This document shows positions 12,001-24,000 of a DNA stretch of 64,000 nt, piece after piece. Location: NCBI GenBank assembly GCA_965112735.1, contig OZ218957.1, positions 1,922,001 through 1,986,000 on the forward strand, given 5' to 3'. Each line of letters begins with the position of its first letter. Position 1 is the stretch's first letter. A program made the translations under genes and the position numbers. The stretch comes from Phaeosaccion multiseriatum. Lineage: Eukaryota > Protista > Ochrophyta, other classes. The notes below the pieces were generated by a model that searched no databases, was not told the DNA's origin, and was given only the letters and a program-made list of their open reading frames with translations.

Positions 12001-15000
12001 AAGCGCTTGGAGGACGCCGAGGCGAGCGGCGACAACGTGCTCGGGGTCATTCTTGCGTCCGCTCTCACGAACAACGGGTGTCAGGACGAGGAGCAAAGCA
12101 GCGGCAGCAGCAGCAGCAAAAAGGCCAGCATCGCTGCCCCGAATGAAAACGCTCAACGGAAGGCCGTGAAGCAGGCGCTCGCGCAGGCGGGTGTGGCGCC
12201 TTCAGAGGTGGGCTTTGTCGAGGCACATGGTCTGGGCTCACCGATGGGAGACGCCATGGAGCTCCGTGTGTTGCAGAGCGAGCTGCGCGGTAGCAGGACT
12301 AGCACTTCATCCACATCATCATCATCAGTGGTGGCGCCTCTGCTCGTGAGCACCACCAAGCCCAACATGGGAAATCTGGAGGGCGCCGGAGGTATGCTGG
12401 CGCTGATCAAGACTGTGGTCGCGCTTCAGCACGGCTTTGTGCCGCCGAATATTCACCTTCATACGCCTCATCCCCGCTTGGAAGTGGACAATACAGCAAT
12501 ACGGCTGCCCTCTGCTGGCGCAGGGAACGCTCCCTTTGAGGGGAGTGTGGCGGGCATGCACTGCTATGGCATCTCGGGAGTCAACGCGCATGTTCTAATC
12601 AGGAAGGGGCTGCACAGGTTGCTCACGTCGAGCGAGGAGAGGAAGACACGAGGATGAAGACAGCTTTCCCGTGGCCCGCAGCCCCCTGTACTGAGATGCG
12701 TCGTCCTCCGACAGTTCTGGCCTCGGCGAAAGGTACTTATGAGACGGAGATGGCCTTGAAGCCGCCTCGCGACGAGATTCAACGCTCAACGACGACCGAA
12801 GTGATGGCCATAGCGAGGAGTTATCTAGGGCAGAACGGGGAGAAGCTGAGGGAAAATACTTCACTGATGGAGGCAGGCCTTGATTCGCTGGCACTGGTAG
12901 AGATGCGTGGCCAGCTGCAGTCTCGCTTTGGGGTGAACGTGTCCAGCGATGTGCTCTTCTCCAATCCGACCGTAGCAGCGGTGGCTGCGTGGGTGGAAGC
13001 GGAAGTGCTTGGAGCGGACACAGGATCTCCCACTGTTCGCTCTATTGGCGGTGCAAGCACTCTACGGAACCAAGCCGACTCGACCGCGCAGCTGGCCGTT
13101 ATTGGCATGGCGTGCCGCTTCCCTGGCGGTGCGAACAGCCCCGAGGCCTTCTGGGCCATGCTGTCTGCAGGTACGGACTGTATTGGTGCGGCGCCTGTCG
13201 ACCGCTGGGCAGACGATGGCAAGCAGAAGCAGTGGCACGGGGGCTTCATTGACGGAGTGGAGATGTTCGACAACGCCTTCTTCGGCATCTCGGCCGCCGA
13301 GGCACAGGCCATGGACCCCAACCAGCGACTCATGCTGGAGGTGGGATTCGAGGCCCTTCACCAGGCTAGATACGAGAAGGGCACACTACAAGGCAGCAAG
13401 ACAGGCGTGTTTGTGGGCATGTCTGGGAGCGACTGGGGCTTGGTGGTTGCAGATGAGAACAAAGGCGCATATTCCGTGATGGGCACGTCCAACGCAAGTC
13501 CTGCCAACCGAATGTCCTATGTCCTCGGACTGAGGGGACCGAGCATAAGTGTAGACACTGGCTGCTCGTCATCATTGGTTGCGCTGGATGCCGCATGCAG
13601 CAGCTTGAGACGGGGCAAGAGCAATCTCGCCGTGGTGGGAGGCGTAAACTTGCTCCTGGGTACCGATGACTTCGAAGCTCTCGCAGCGGGGGGATTCCTT
13701 TCACCTGACTGGTAAGTGCATTGAGTGGGCGTGCTCTTTTCTCTTGTTTTCTGGCTGGGCATCTCGCTTGGGGGAGGGAACGGCTTGTAGCTATGCACCT
13801 ATACATTTGCTCACAAATATCCATCTCATTGCCTCTGTCATGCCCTATCCGCGCCATCAGGCGTTGTAAAACCTTCGATGCATCGGCCAAGGGTTACGTT
13901 CGAGGTGAGGGCTGCGGCGCCGTGGTACTGAAGCGACTGGACGATGCACAGACCGCTGGCGACCACATTCTCGCCGTGGTGAATGGGTCTGCTGTGAACC
14001 ACAACGGCAGGTCCGTGCGCTTTACTGCACCCAACCCACTTGCACAGCAGGAGGTGATAAGGGAGGCTCTTGCGGAGGCCGACTTTGGTGGCTTGGACGT
14101 GCACTACGTTGAAGCACACGGCACAGGCACCTCTCTGGGCGACCCAATCGAGATGAGTGCTTTGAGGGCCGTATACGGCAAGGGTCGGGAGGAAGCGAGG
14201 CCTCTGGTGGTTGGGGCGGTGAAGACAAATGTCGGGCACCTCGAGGGTGCTGCGGGTATCGCTGGCCTCATCAAGGCAGTGCTTGTCCTTCAGCATGGAG
14301 CTGCCCCGCCCAATCTCAACCTGAACAAGCTGAATCCCGAGCTGCAACTCAAAGACTTTCCAGTGACATTACCTTCTGCCACGGTACCACTGAGTGGCGA
14401 GAGTGGAGAGACGCGCATCGCTGCCGTCAGCTCCTTCGGAGCTGGTGGGGCCAACGCACATGCTGTGCTCAGCAGCTTCGGAGCAGCGATGGTCGACAGG
14501 GGTGAGGCCCTGCCAGAGCCGGCTGAGCAGGACAGACGCATGAGCCCCCTAGTGGCGTTCTTGTTCACGGGACAGGGCTCACAGTACGTGGGCATGGGCA
14601 GAGATCTGTACGAGAAGGAGGGTGTGTTTCGCGAGTGCGTGCAGCGGTGCAGCGGACTTCTCACGGAGAGAACGTGGCTGGACAAATCTGCGGTGGAGCT
14701 CATGTACCCTAGTGCTGAGGAAGAAAAGAGCGCACAGGCTCTGTTGAAGGAGACACGCTACTGCCAGCCGTGCCTGTTTGTACTGGAGTACGCCCTGTGC
14801 GAGCTGTGGAAGTCGGAGGGCGTGGAGCCATCCATAGTGATGGGCCACAGCCTGGGCGAGGTAGTGGCGGCGTGCGTGGCCGGCGTCATGTCGCTGGAGG
14901 ACGGGCTGATGCTGTCCGCCAAGAGAGGAGCCGCCATGCAGGCCTGCCCCGAGGGCGATGGAGTGATGTTCGCAGTGAGGGCAGGCAAGGAGGCGACTTT

Positions 15001-18000
15001 GGCAAGCATAGACGCTGCAGGGGGGGCAGGCGAGGTGGTGCTGGCGTCGTCGAATGGACCGAGCGCGAGCGTGATTTCTGGAGCGCGCAGTGCTGTGGAC
15101 AAGGTGGTGGAGAAGCTGACGGCAGATGGGGTGGGCTGCAAGGCCCTGGAGGTGTCGCACGCCTTCCACTCTCCTCTGATGGAGCCCGCTGTACGTGCGC
15201 TGGAGGAGGTTCTGAGGCAGGTGTCATTCTGCGCCCCACGCATTCCCCTGGTGTCCAACGTGACGGGTGAGGTGGTGAGAGGGGAAGAGGTGACGCAGGT
15301 GACGTATTGGGTGCAACACATGCTGTCGCCAGTGCTGTTCGGAGAGGGCATCCACACGGTGGTGGAGCATTGGATGGGAGACGGGAGGGGGACTGACCTG
15401 AGCATCGTTGAGGTGGGCCCCAACCCTGTGCTGAGCAGCATGGGAGCCAAGTGCGAGCGTCGCGAGGGGCTGGCGTGGATCTCCTCCCTCACGCGAGGGC
15501 AGAACGCCGAGGATTCGTTTGGAGCAGCCCTAGGCAGTATAGCGGGGCCGGAGCATCGTGAGCTTTATCCGACTCGCCGATCATTTCCTTGGTACAAGCC
15601 TCCGCTGGCCTTTATGCCTAGCGGTGAGGTGGTGCGGGAAGGAGACGGAATGAGGCTCGCCAGCCCGTTCTCCCCTCATCTCAAGGACCTTCTCAAGGAC
15701 CATGCCGTCAACAATGTGGTGATCATTCCGGGGGTGACATACATTGAAGTGGGCGTTGTGGCTGCTCTAGGAGGAAGACAGCTCGGAGTGGAGCAGCAGG
15801 TAGTCCTGCAAGGAGCCAGCTTTGTGGTTCCACTGGAGATTGAGGGTTTCCAACAGGCCGGCACGGACCAGGCTCAAAGCCGCTATACAATGGTCTGTGC
15901 CGGGATGAGTGCCCTTCACGCGGCAGATGGAAGCATGCAGTTCTTCGGAGGTGCCACGGGCGACAAGGGTACCACGGCAGGAATGAAGCACGCATCTGTC
16001 ACAGAGCGAAGCTCGGGGCGTGTTTCTCTGCACGTGGAATCCATTCGAGCTAGAGTTGGCGAGCAGGACGTATCGAGTGAGCTCTACAAGTCATTCGAAG
16101 ACGCCGGCTTCCAGTACGGCCCCCGCTTTCAGCGGACCCGCCACATGTACGGAGGGGATGGAGAGGTTCTGTCGGTCGTGTGTGCCATGGATGAGGAGCT
16201 GTGCGAGCCGTGGGAGATGAAGGGCTTTGCTCTGCACCCCGCGGTGCTGGACAATGCTACCCATACCATCATGCAAGCGCTGCCAAGGAAGCTGCTCAAG
16301 AAGGGGGGGGACTCTCCATTCCTACCTGCAGGCTTTGACGAGGTGGTCGTTTCCGCCGCCATGACGGGAAAAAATGTGTGGGTGCACACGAAGCTGAGTG
16401 AGGTCCAGTCAGTGGCGGACAGCGTCAAGTTTGACATCCGCATTGCAGACTTCGACAGCAAAGAGGTGCTCGTGGAGATGCGGGGCTTCCGCGTGGAGCG
16501 GGCGAGGGGCTTTGCGCGTGTGAGTCCCGTTCGTCGTGCAATGTACGCATTGGAGTGGCACGCCGCTGAGCCGTCTACACAGGAGGAGGCCCCTGGTAGT
16601 GATACTGACGCTGCTGAGGCGGCGGTGCCACAGAAATGGCTGGTGGTTATTCCACAGGACGAGAGGGAGGAAGAGATGTCAATCATTGCTGCGGCACGGC
16701 GCTGCGTTCCGGAGAACGTGCACATACACACTCGATATAGGAGGGTGGAGGCCTCCGGGGATGATGGTGCTCTTCTTCTTGGACAGGACGAGTGGACTCG
16801 AGTCTTGTACGTGCCGATCTCTGGGGATGACAAAGAATACGTAGAAGGGGGTCAGCAAGCACGAGCGGCCTACGCTCTGTTATCGCTACTCAGGAGCATG
16901 TCCACTACGTCGAATGTGCCGCTGACGGTCTTGACGAGCGGCGTCCAAAGCGGCGAGGACTGGCGTCACAGCTGGGTGACTGGGCTGGTGCGGACTGCGA
17001 GGGTGGAGCACCCCTCCATGCAGATTGGTGTGGTGGACCTGAGCGACAAGGAGGTCCAAGACAGCGAGGTTGCCTTAGGCTTGGCCTTCCCTAATGCCAC
17101 AGAAGAAGTGTGGGTACGCGACGGACAGTGCTGGGCTCCTCAGCTTGTACGTCAGCCCCTGCAGCTTCCCTTCTCACTTGATTTGAAGGCAAGAGGCAGC
17201 ATTGCCAACGCTTTCGCCCTTCGTGATGATGTGAACCATGGCAAACATCAGCCCCTTGACCCAGCTGGAAGCTCCGTAGAGGTGGGGGTGAGGGCCGTTG
17301 GGCTGAACTTCCGGGACGTGCTGAATGTGCTGGACATGTACCCTGGCGACCCTGGAGATCCCTGCACCGAGTTTGCCGGGGAGGTGATCAGTGTGGGAGC
17401 AAGCTCGCGCTTCCGTATCGGCGATGCAGTGTTTGGCTTTGGCGATGCGGGATGTTTGCGCAGTCATATGACGACGAGTGATGTGTGTCTGGCCGTGATG
17501 CCGGCCGTGCTGAGCTTCGAGCAGGCCGCTGCACTTCCCACTGTATGCTTGACGGTAGTGAAGGCCTTCCACGACCTCAAGGCTGGAGAGAAGGTGTTGA
17601 TTCATGCCGCATCGGGCGGTGTGGGCCTTGCCGCCGTGCAGTATGCTCAGCGGGTGGGAGCAGAGGTGTACGCTACTGCCGGTGCTGCTGTGAAGCATGA
17701 CTTCCTCCGGAGCTTGGGAGTGGAGCACATTGCGTCATCGAGAGACGCGGAGGCGTTCAAGCAGTCCATGGGTGACATGAAGGTAGATGTGGTGCTCAAC
17801 TCACTAAGCGAGGATTACATTCCCTTCTCATTGGACATGCTGACAGAGGGAGGCAGATTCGTGGAGATTGGGAAGAGAGGTGTATGGAGTCACGAGCAGA
17901 TGCGCACCGCCCGGCCTGGTATAAGGTACGAGCTGCTGGCATTGGATAGTATGATTGAGTCTGACTTCGTAGCTCGTGAGCCAGGCTGGATCAGTGCCGG

Positions 18001-21000
18001 GCTGCAGCGTCTTGCTGATGACTGCATGTCTGGCGATGTGAAGCCCTTACCGACCATACCCTTTGACATGAGGGAGGATACTCAGAAGGCCATGGCACTC
18101 ATGAGCCAAGCGAAGCACGTCGGTAAGGTGGTGCTGACCAACCCCTCGTACGGTGTGCCAGTAGTGTCCGATGGCACGTACGTCATCAGCGGCGGTCTGG
18201 GGGCTCTCGGCCTTGTGACGGCCCAGCACCTCGCGTCGAGGGGCGCTCGTCACTTGGTGCTGCTGTCGAGGAGTGGGAAGGTCGCTGAGAGCATGACAGA
18301 GCAGTGGCAGCAGCTTCAGAACAAGGTGGAGCTGATCCATACTCCTACTTGTGATGTTGCTGACGCTGAGGCACTTCGGACTTGCCTGGGGGGCGTGCTG
18401 CCTCTGCTGCCCCCTGTGCGCGGCGTGGTGCATGCTGCCGGGGTGCTGGATGATAAGCTGCTGGGAGAGCAGACGGTGGAGAGCGTGACGAACGTCTTCC
18501 GACCGAAGATGCAGGGGGCGGTGAACTTGCACGAGCTTTCGTTGGCTTGGGCGAAGGAGGAGGGGCGCGCCCCTGGCCTTGACTTCTTCTTTTGCTTCAC
18601 ATCCATGGCCGGAGTACTGGGCAACGCTGGACAGGCCAACTACGCTGCCGCAAATGCGGCTGTGGACGGGCTGATGCGGCACAGGCGACACCTCGGGCTC
18701 ACAGGGACGTCATTGCAGTGGGGGCCGTGGGCTGATGTGGGTATGGCTGCTCAGCTCGATATCGTTCAAAAGCAGTTGGAGCTGGCGGGTGTGGGCACGG
18801 TGTCAGCTGAGCTGGGCATGGCTGCCTTAGATGCCGCTGCGATGCCGTCAGCGTATTTGGGCGATGTGGCTGTTTTGCCAGGGATGGACTGGGGCAAGTT
18901 TGCAGACAGCTTGGGTGCGTCCCGCGGCTCGTTCCTGCTGTCAGGGCTTGTCTCAACAGCAGCAGGCGCGTCCAGCAACACCGAAATCAACAATGAAGTG
19001 CGCGAGGCGCTCTTGAGACTGCCCCCTGGCGAGCGACAGCAATCAGTGCGATTGGCGGTGCTTGATATCGCCAAGGACCTCCTTGGGGAGGGTGCCGAAG
19101 AGCTGGACGCGAACACGCCTTTGATGGAAGCAGGTCTTGACTCTTTATCAACAGTGGAGCTGCGCGGCCGGCTACAGGCTCGCTTCGGGGCTGTAGTGAC
19201 CACTGACGTGCTCTTCGCGTATCCCACGGTAGCGGCGCTGGCAGTGTGGATCGAAGCGGAGGTGCTTGGCGAGGAAGAGGAACCCTCTAGCAGTCGCTCT
19301 GCGGCGATCGCTGCAGAAGCGCACCGCACTGACTCAAGGGCGCCGCTGGCCGTCGTCGGGATCGCCTGTCGCTTCCCTGGAGGGGTTAAGAACCCCGAGG
19401 ACTTCTGGACTATGCTCTGTGCAGGGACAGACTGTATTGGAGCCAGCCCTGTTGGTCGCTGGGCCGATGAGGGTCAGAAGCAGTGGCAAGGGGGCTTCAT
19501 TGATGGAGTGGAGGCTTTTGACAATACCTTCTTCGGCATCTCGGCGGCCGAGGCGGGTGCCATGGACCCTCATCAGCGCGTCATGCTGGAGGTGGGGTAC
19601 GAGGCTCTGCACAGGGCGGGATACCGCAAGGACACACTACATGGCAGCAACACCGGTGTGTTCGTGGGTATGTCCGGCAGCGAGTGGGGCTCAGTGGTAG
19701 ACGATGCGAACAAGGGTGCGTACTCCGTCATGGGCATGTCCAATGCGAGTCCGGCAAATCGGATGTCTTACGTGCTGGGCCTCGGAGGGCCGAGTATGAG
19801 TGTCGACACGGCGTGCTCGTCGTCTTTGGTGGCACTGGAAGGGGCCTGCAGCAGCTTGCGACTGGGCAAGTGTGACATCGCCTTGGTGGGAGGCGTCAAC
19901 TTGTTGCTGGGTACACAGAGGTTCGAGACCCTCGCCGAAGGAGGTTTCCTGAGTCCTGACTGGTAAGTGCGTGTCTCTTTTGTGTGAGTGGGAACTTGTT
20001 CTTGGGGCCGCTATGAGAGCCAGATCAAAAGGCCCAAGCTGTCTGAAAGGCCCCCTGTTGCTGATGGATTACCTCTTGTCTGTTCTTCACTTTTGCAAAC
20101 CCTCAATTCCCCATGGTCAGGCGCTGCAAGACGTTCGACGCTGCGGCCAACGGTTATGTCCGAGGTGAAGGCTGCGGCGCCGTGGTGCTGAAGCGACTGG
20201 ACGATGCACAGGCCAATGGCGACCACATCCTCGCTGTCGTCAATGGCTGCGCTGCGAACCACAACGGGAGAAGTTTGCGCTACACTGCCCCGAGCCCTTC
20301 TGCTCAGCAGCGTCTGATGGAGCAGGCACTGGCGGAGGCCGGCTTGAGCGGTCTGGAGGTTGATTACGTGGAGGCACACGGCACCGGGACTTCTCTCGGC
20401 GACCCCATCGAGATGAGTGCTTTGAGGGCCGTGTACGGCCATGGCCGCGAGGAAGCTCGGCCCCTGGTTATTGGGGCGGTGAAGACCAATATCGGGCATC
20501 TAGAGGGTGCCTCCGGAATCGCTGGCTTCATCAAAGCTCTGCTGGTCCTTCAGCATGGATCTGCTCCCCCCAATCTCCACATGAGGAAGCTCAATCCGGA
20601 GCTTCGTTTGGATGGCCTTCCGGTGACTTTGCCGTCTGCCATGGTGCCACTAAGTGCCAGGGATGGGGAGAGGCGCACTGCTGCCGTAAGCTCCTTCGGC
20701 GCGGGAGGAGCCAACGTCCATGCGGTGCTCAGCAGCTTCGGACCAACGTTGGTTGAGAGGGGCGAAGTCTTGCTGCAGCTGGATGGACAGCATAGCAAGA
20801 AGCGTTCAGCGGTGGTGTTCTTGTTCACAGGACAGGGATCGCAGTACGTGGGCATGGGCAGGGAGCTGTACGAGAAGGAGGGCGTGTTCCGCGAGTGCGT
20901 GCTGCGGTGCAGCAGGCTGCTCATGGAGCGGAGCTGGCTGGACAAGTCTGTGGTGGAGCTCATGTACCCAGCGGTCGCTGAGGACGGGAAGGAGGAGGAG

Positions 21001-24000
21001 GAGACTGCACAAGCGATGCTGAAGGAGACACGCTACTGCCAGCCGTGCCTGTTTGTGCTGGAGTACGCCCTGTGTGAGCTGTGGAAGTCAGAGGGAGTAG
21101 AGCCGTCCATGGTGATGGGCCACAGCCTGGGCGAGGTAGTGGCGGCGTGCGTAGCCGGCGTCATGTCGCTGGAGGACGGGCTGATGCTGTCCGCCAAGAG
21201 AGGAGCCGCCATGCAGGCCTGCCCCGAGGGCGAGGGAGTGATGTTCGCAGTGAGGGCAGGCAAGGAGGCGACTTTGGCAATCATCGACGCTGCGGGGGGG
21301 GCAGGGGAGGTGGTGCTGGCGTCGTCGAATGGACCGAGCGCGAGCGTGATCTCTGGAGCTCGCAGCGCTGTGGACAAGGTGGTGGAGAAGCTCACGGCAA
21401 ATGGGGTGGGCTGCAAGGCCCTGGAGGTGTCGCACGCCTTCCACTCTCCTCTGATGGAGCCCGCTGTACGTGCGCTGGAGGAGGTTCTGAGGCAGGTGTC
21501 ATTCAGCGCCCCACGCATTCCCCTGGTGTCCAACGTGACGGGTGACGTGGTGAGAGAGGAGGAGGTGACGCAGACGACGTATTGGGTGCAACACATGCTG
21601 TCGCCAGTGCTGTTCGCAGAAGGCATCCACACGGTGGTGGAGCACTGGATGGGAGACGGGAGGGGGGCTGACCTGAGCATCGTCGAGGTGGGCCCCAACC
21701 CTGTGCTGAGCAGCATGGGAGCCAAGTGCGAGCGTCGCGAGGGGCTGGCGTGGATCTCCTCCCTCACACGAGGGCAGAACTCCGAGGATTCATTTGGAGT
21801 AGCCCTGGGCAGAGTAGCGGGGCCGGAGCATCTTGAGCTTTATCCGACTCGCCGATCTTTTCCTTGGTACAAGCCTCCGCTGGCTTTCATGCCGAGTGGT
21901 GAGATGGTCCAGGAGGGAGACGGAATGAGGCTCCCCAGCCCCTTCTCCCCTCACCTCAAGGACCTTCTCAAGGACCATGCCATCAACAATGTGGTGATCA
22001 TTCCGGGGGTGACGTACATTGAAGTGGGCGTCGTGGCTGCTCTAGGAGGAAGACGACTCGGAGTGGAGCAGCAGGTAGTCCTGCGCGGAGCCAGCTTTGT
22101 GGTTCCACTGGAGATTGAGGGCTTTCAGCACACCGATACAGACCAATCGCAAAGCCGCAACACTTTTGTCTGTGACGGCCTGAGTTCGCTGCACGGGAAA
22201 GATGGAGGCATGGAATTCTCCGGCGGTGCTGAGGGTGACCGTGGCACCACCGCGAGGATGGCCCACGTGTCTGTCACGGAGCGAACCGAGCCGCGTGAAA
22301 CGCTCGATGTGGAGGATATCAAAGGGAGAGTAGGGGAGGACATGTCCAGCGACGTGTACGTGGTAATGGCCAACGCCAACTTCTGCTTCGGCCCTCGATT
22401 CAAGCGAAACACGTGTATGTACGAAAAGAGCGGAGAGGTGCTTGCGGTCGTGCGCGCCTTAGACTCGGAGCTTTGCGAGCCGTGGGAGGAAACGAGTTTT
22501 GTTCTACACCCTGCGGTCCTCGACAGTGCAGCACACTCCATTTTCCGCGCAATCCCAAGTCAGCTCTTCAACTCGAGTGGTGGAGCTCCGTTCTTGCCCG
22601 TTGGCTTCGACGAGGTGGTAGTCTCTGCTCCGATTACGGAAGAGAGAGTATGGGTGCACACAAGGCTCACTGAAGTGGAGAAAGGGGGCAACATCATCAA
22701 CTTTGACATCACCATTGCCCATTACGAGAGCAAGCTGGTGCTTGTCGAGATGCGAGGATTCCGCGTGCAGAGGGCGAGAGGCTTTGCGCCTGTCAATTCT
22801 CTTCGTCGCGCAATCTACACGCTGGAATGGCAGGAGGCCCCTGATGCTCACACTACTGAGGAGGCGGCGCGACAGAAATGGCTGGTCCTCGCTGCGCAGG
22901 AGGAGAGAGGCGGCGAGACTTCAATGACTGCGGCAGTGCGGCGCTCTGTTCCGGAGGGCGTGGATGTTCACACTCGGTATGGAGAGATGAGGGGCTCCTG
23001 GAATGATGATGCTCTCCTCGTTGGGGAGGAGGAGTGGACTCGAGTCTTGTACGTGCTAATCCCCGGAGATGGCGACGAAGACGCAGAAGAGGGCCTGCAA
23101 GCTCGAACGGCCTACGCCATGATGGCTCTACTCAGAGGCCTATTCACTGCTGCATCGAGTGCGCCGCTGACAGTCTTGACGAGGGGCGTCCACAGCGGCG
23201 AGGACTGGCGTCACAGCTGGGTGACCGGCCTAGTGCAAACTGCGAGGGTGGAGTACCCCTCCTTGCAGATTGGCTTGGTGGACCTCAGCGACAGGGAGGC
23301 CCAAGACAACGAGCTTGCCTTGGGGCTGGCCTTCCCCGCTACCACAGATGATGTGTGGGTCCGCGATGGGCAGTGCTGGATGCCTCAGCTTTCACACCAG
23401 GCCCTGCAGCTTCCTTTCTCTTTTGACTTGAAGGCAAGAGGCAGCATTGCCAACGCTTTCGCCCTTGTTGACGATGTAGATGTGGGCAAGCATCAGCCCC
23501 TCGACCCGACTTGCAGCTATGTGGAGGTGGCAGTGAGGGCCGTTGGGCTGAACTTCCGGGACGTAATGAATGTGCTGGACATGTACCCTGGTGACCCTGG
23601 AGATCCCTGCTCCGAGTTCGCCGGTGAGGTGACCCGTGTGAGAGAAGGGTCACGTTTCAGCGTCGGAGACGCTGTCTTTGGCTTTGCGGATGCGGGATGT
23701 TTGCGGAGTCATGTGGCGACGAGTGATGCGTGCCTGGCCGTGATGCCATCCGTGCTGAGCTTCGAGCAGGCAGCAGCACTTCCTACGGTGTGCTTGACGG
23801 TACAGAAGGCCTTCCATGACCTTAAGGCGGGTGAGAAGGTGCTGATCCATGCTGCAGCTGGTGGTGTGGGCATTGGCGCCATTCAGTACGCTCAGCGTGT
23901 GGGCGCAGAGGTGTACGCGACTACTGGTCCTGCTGTGAACCACAACTTCCTCCGGGGCTTGGGGGTGGAGCACATTGCGTCATCAAGAGACGCAGAGGCG

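Noticed and set aside
12634-12657. Shine-Dalgarno-like GAGGAG upstream of the ATGA overlap
   Set aside because: The context is a spliced eukaryotic gene and GAG-rich sequence is ubiquitous here, so it is probably coincidental.
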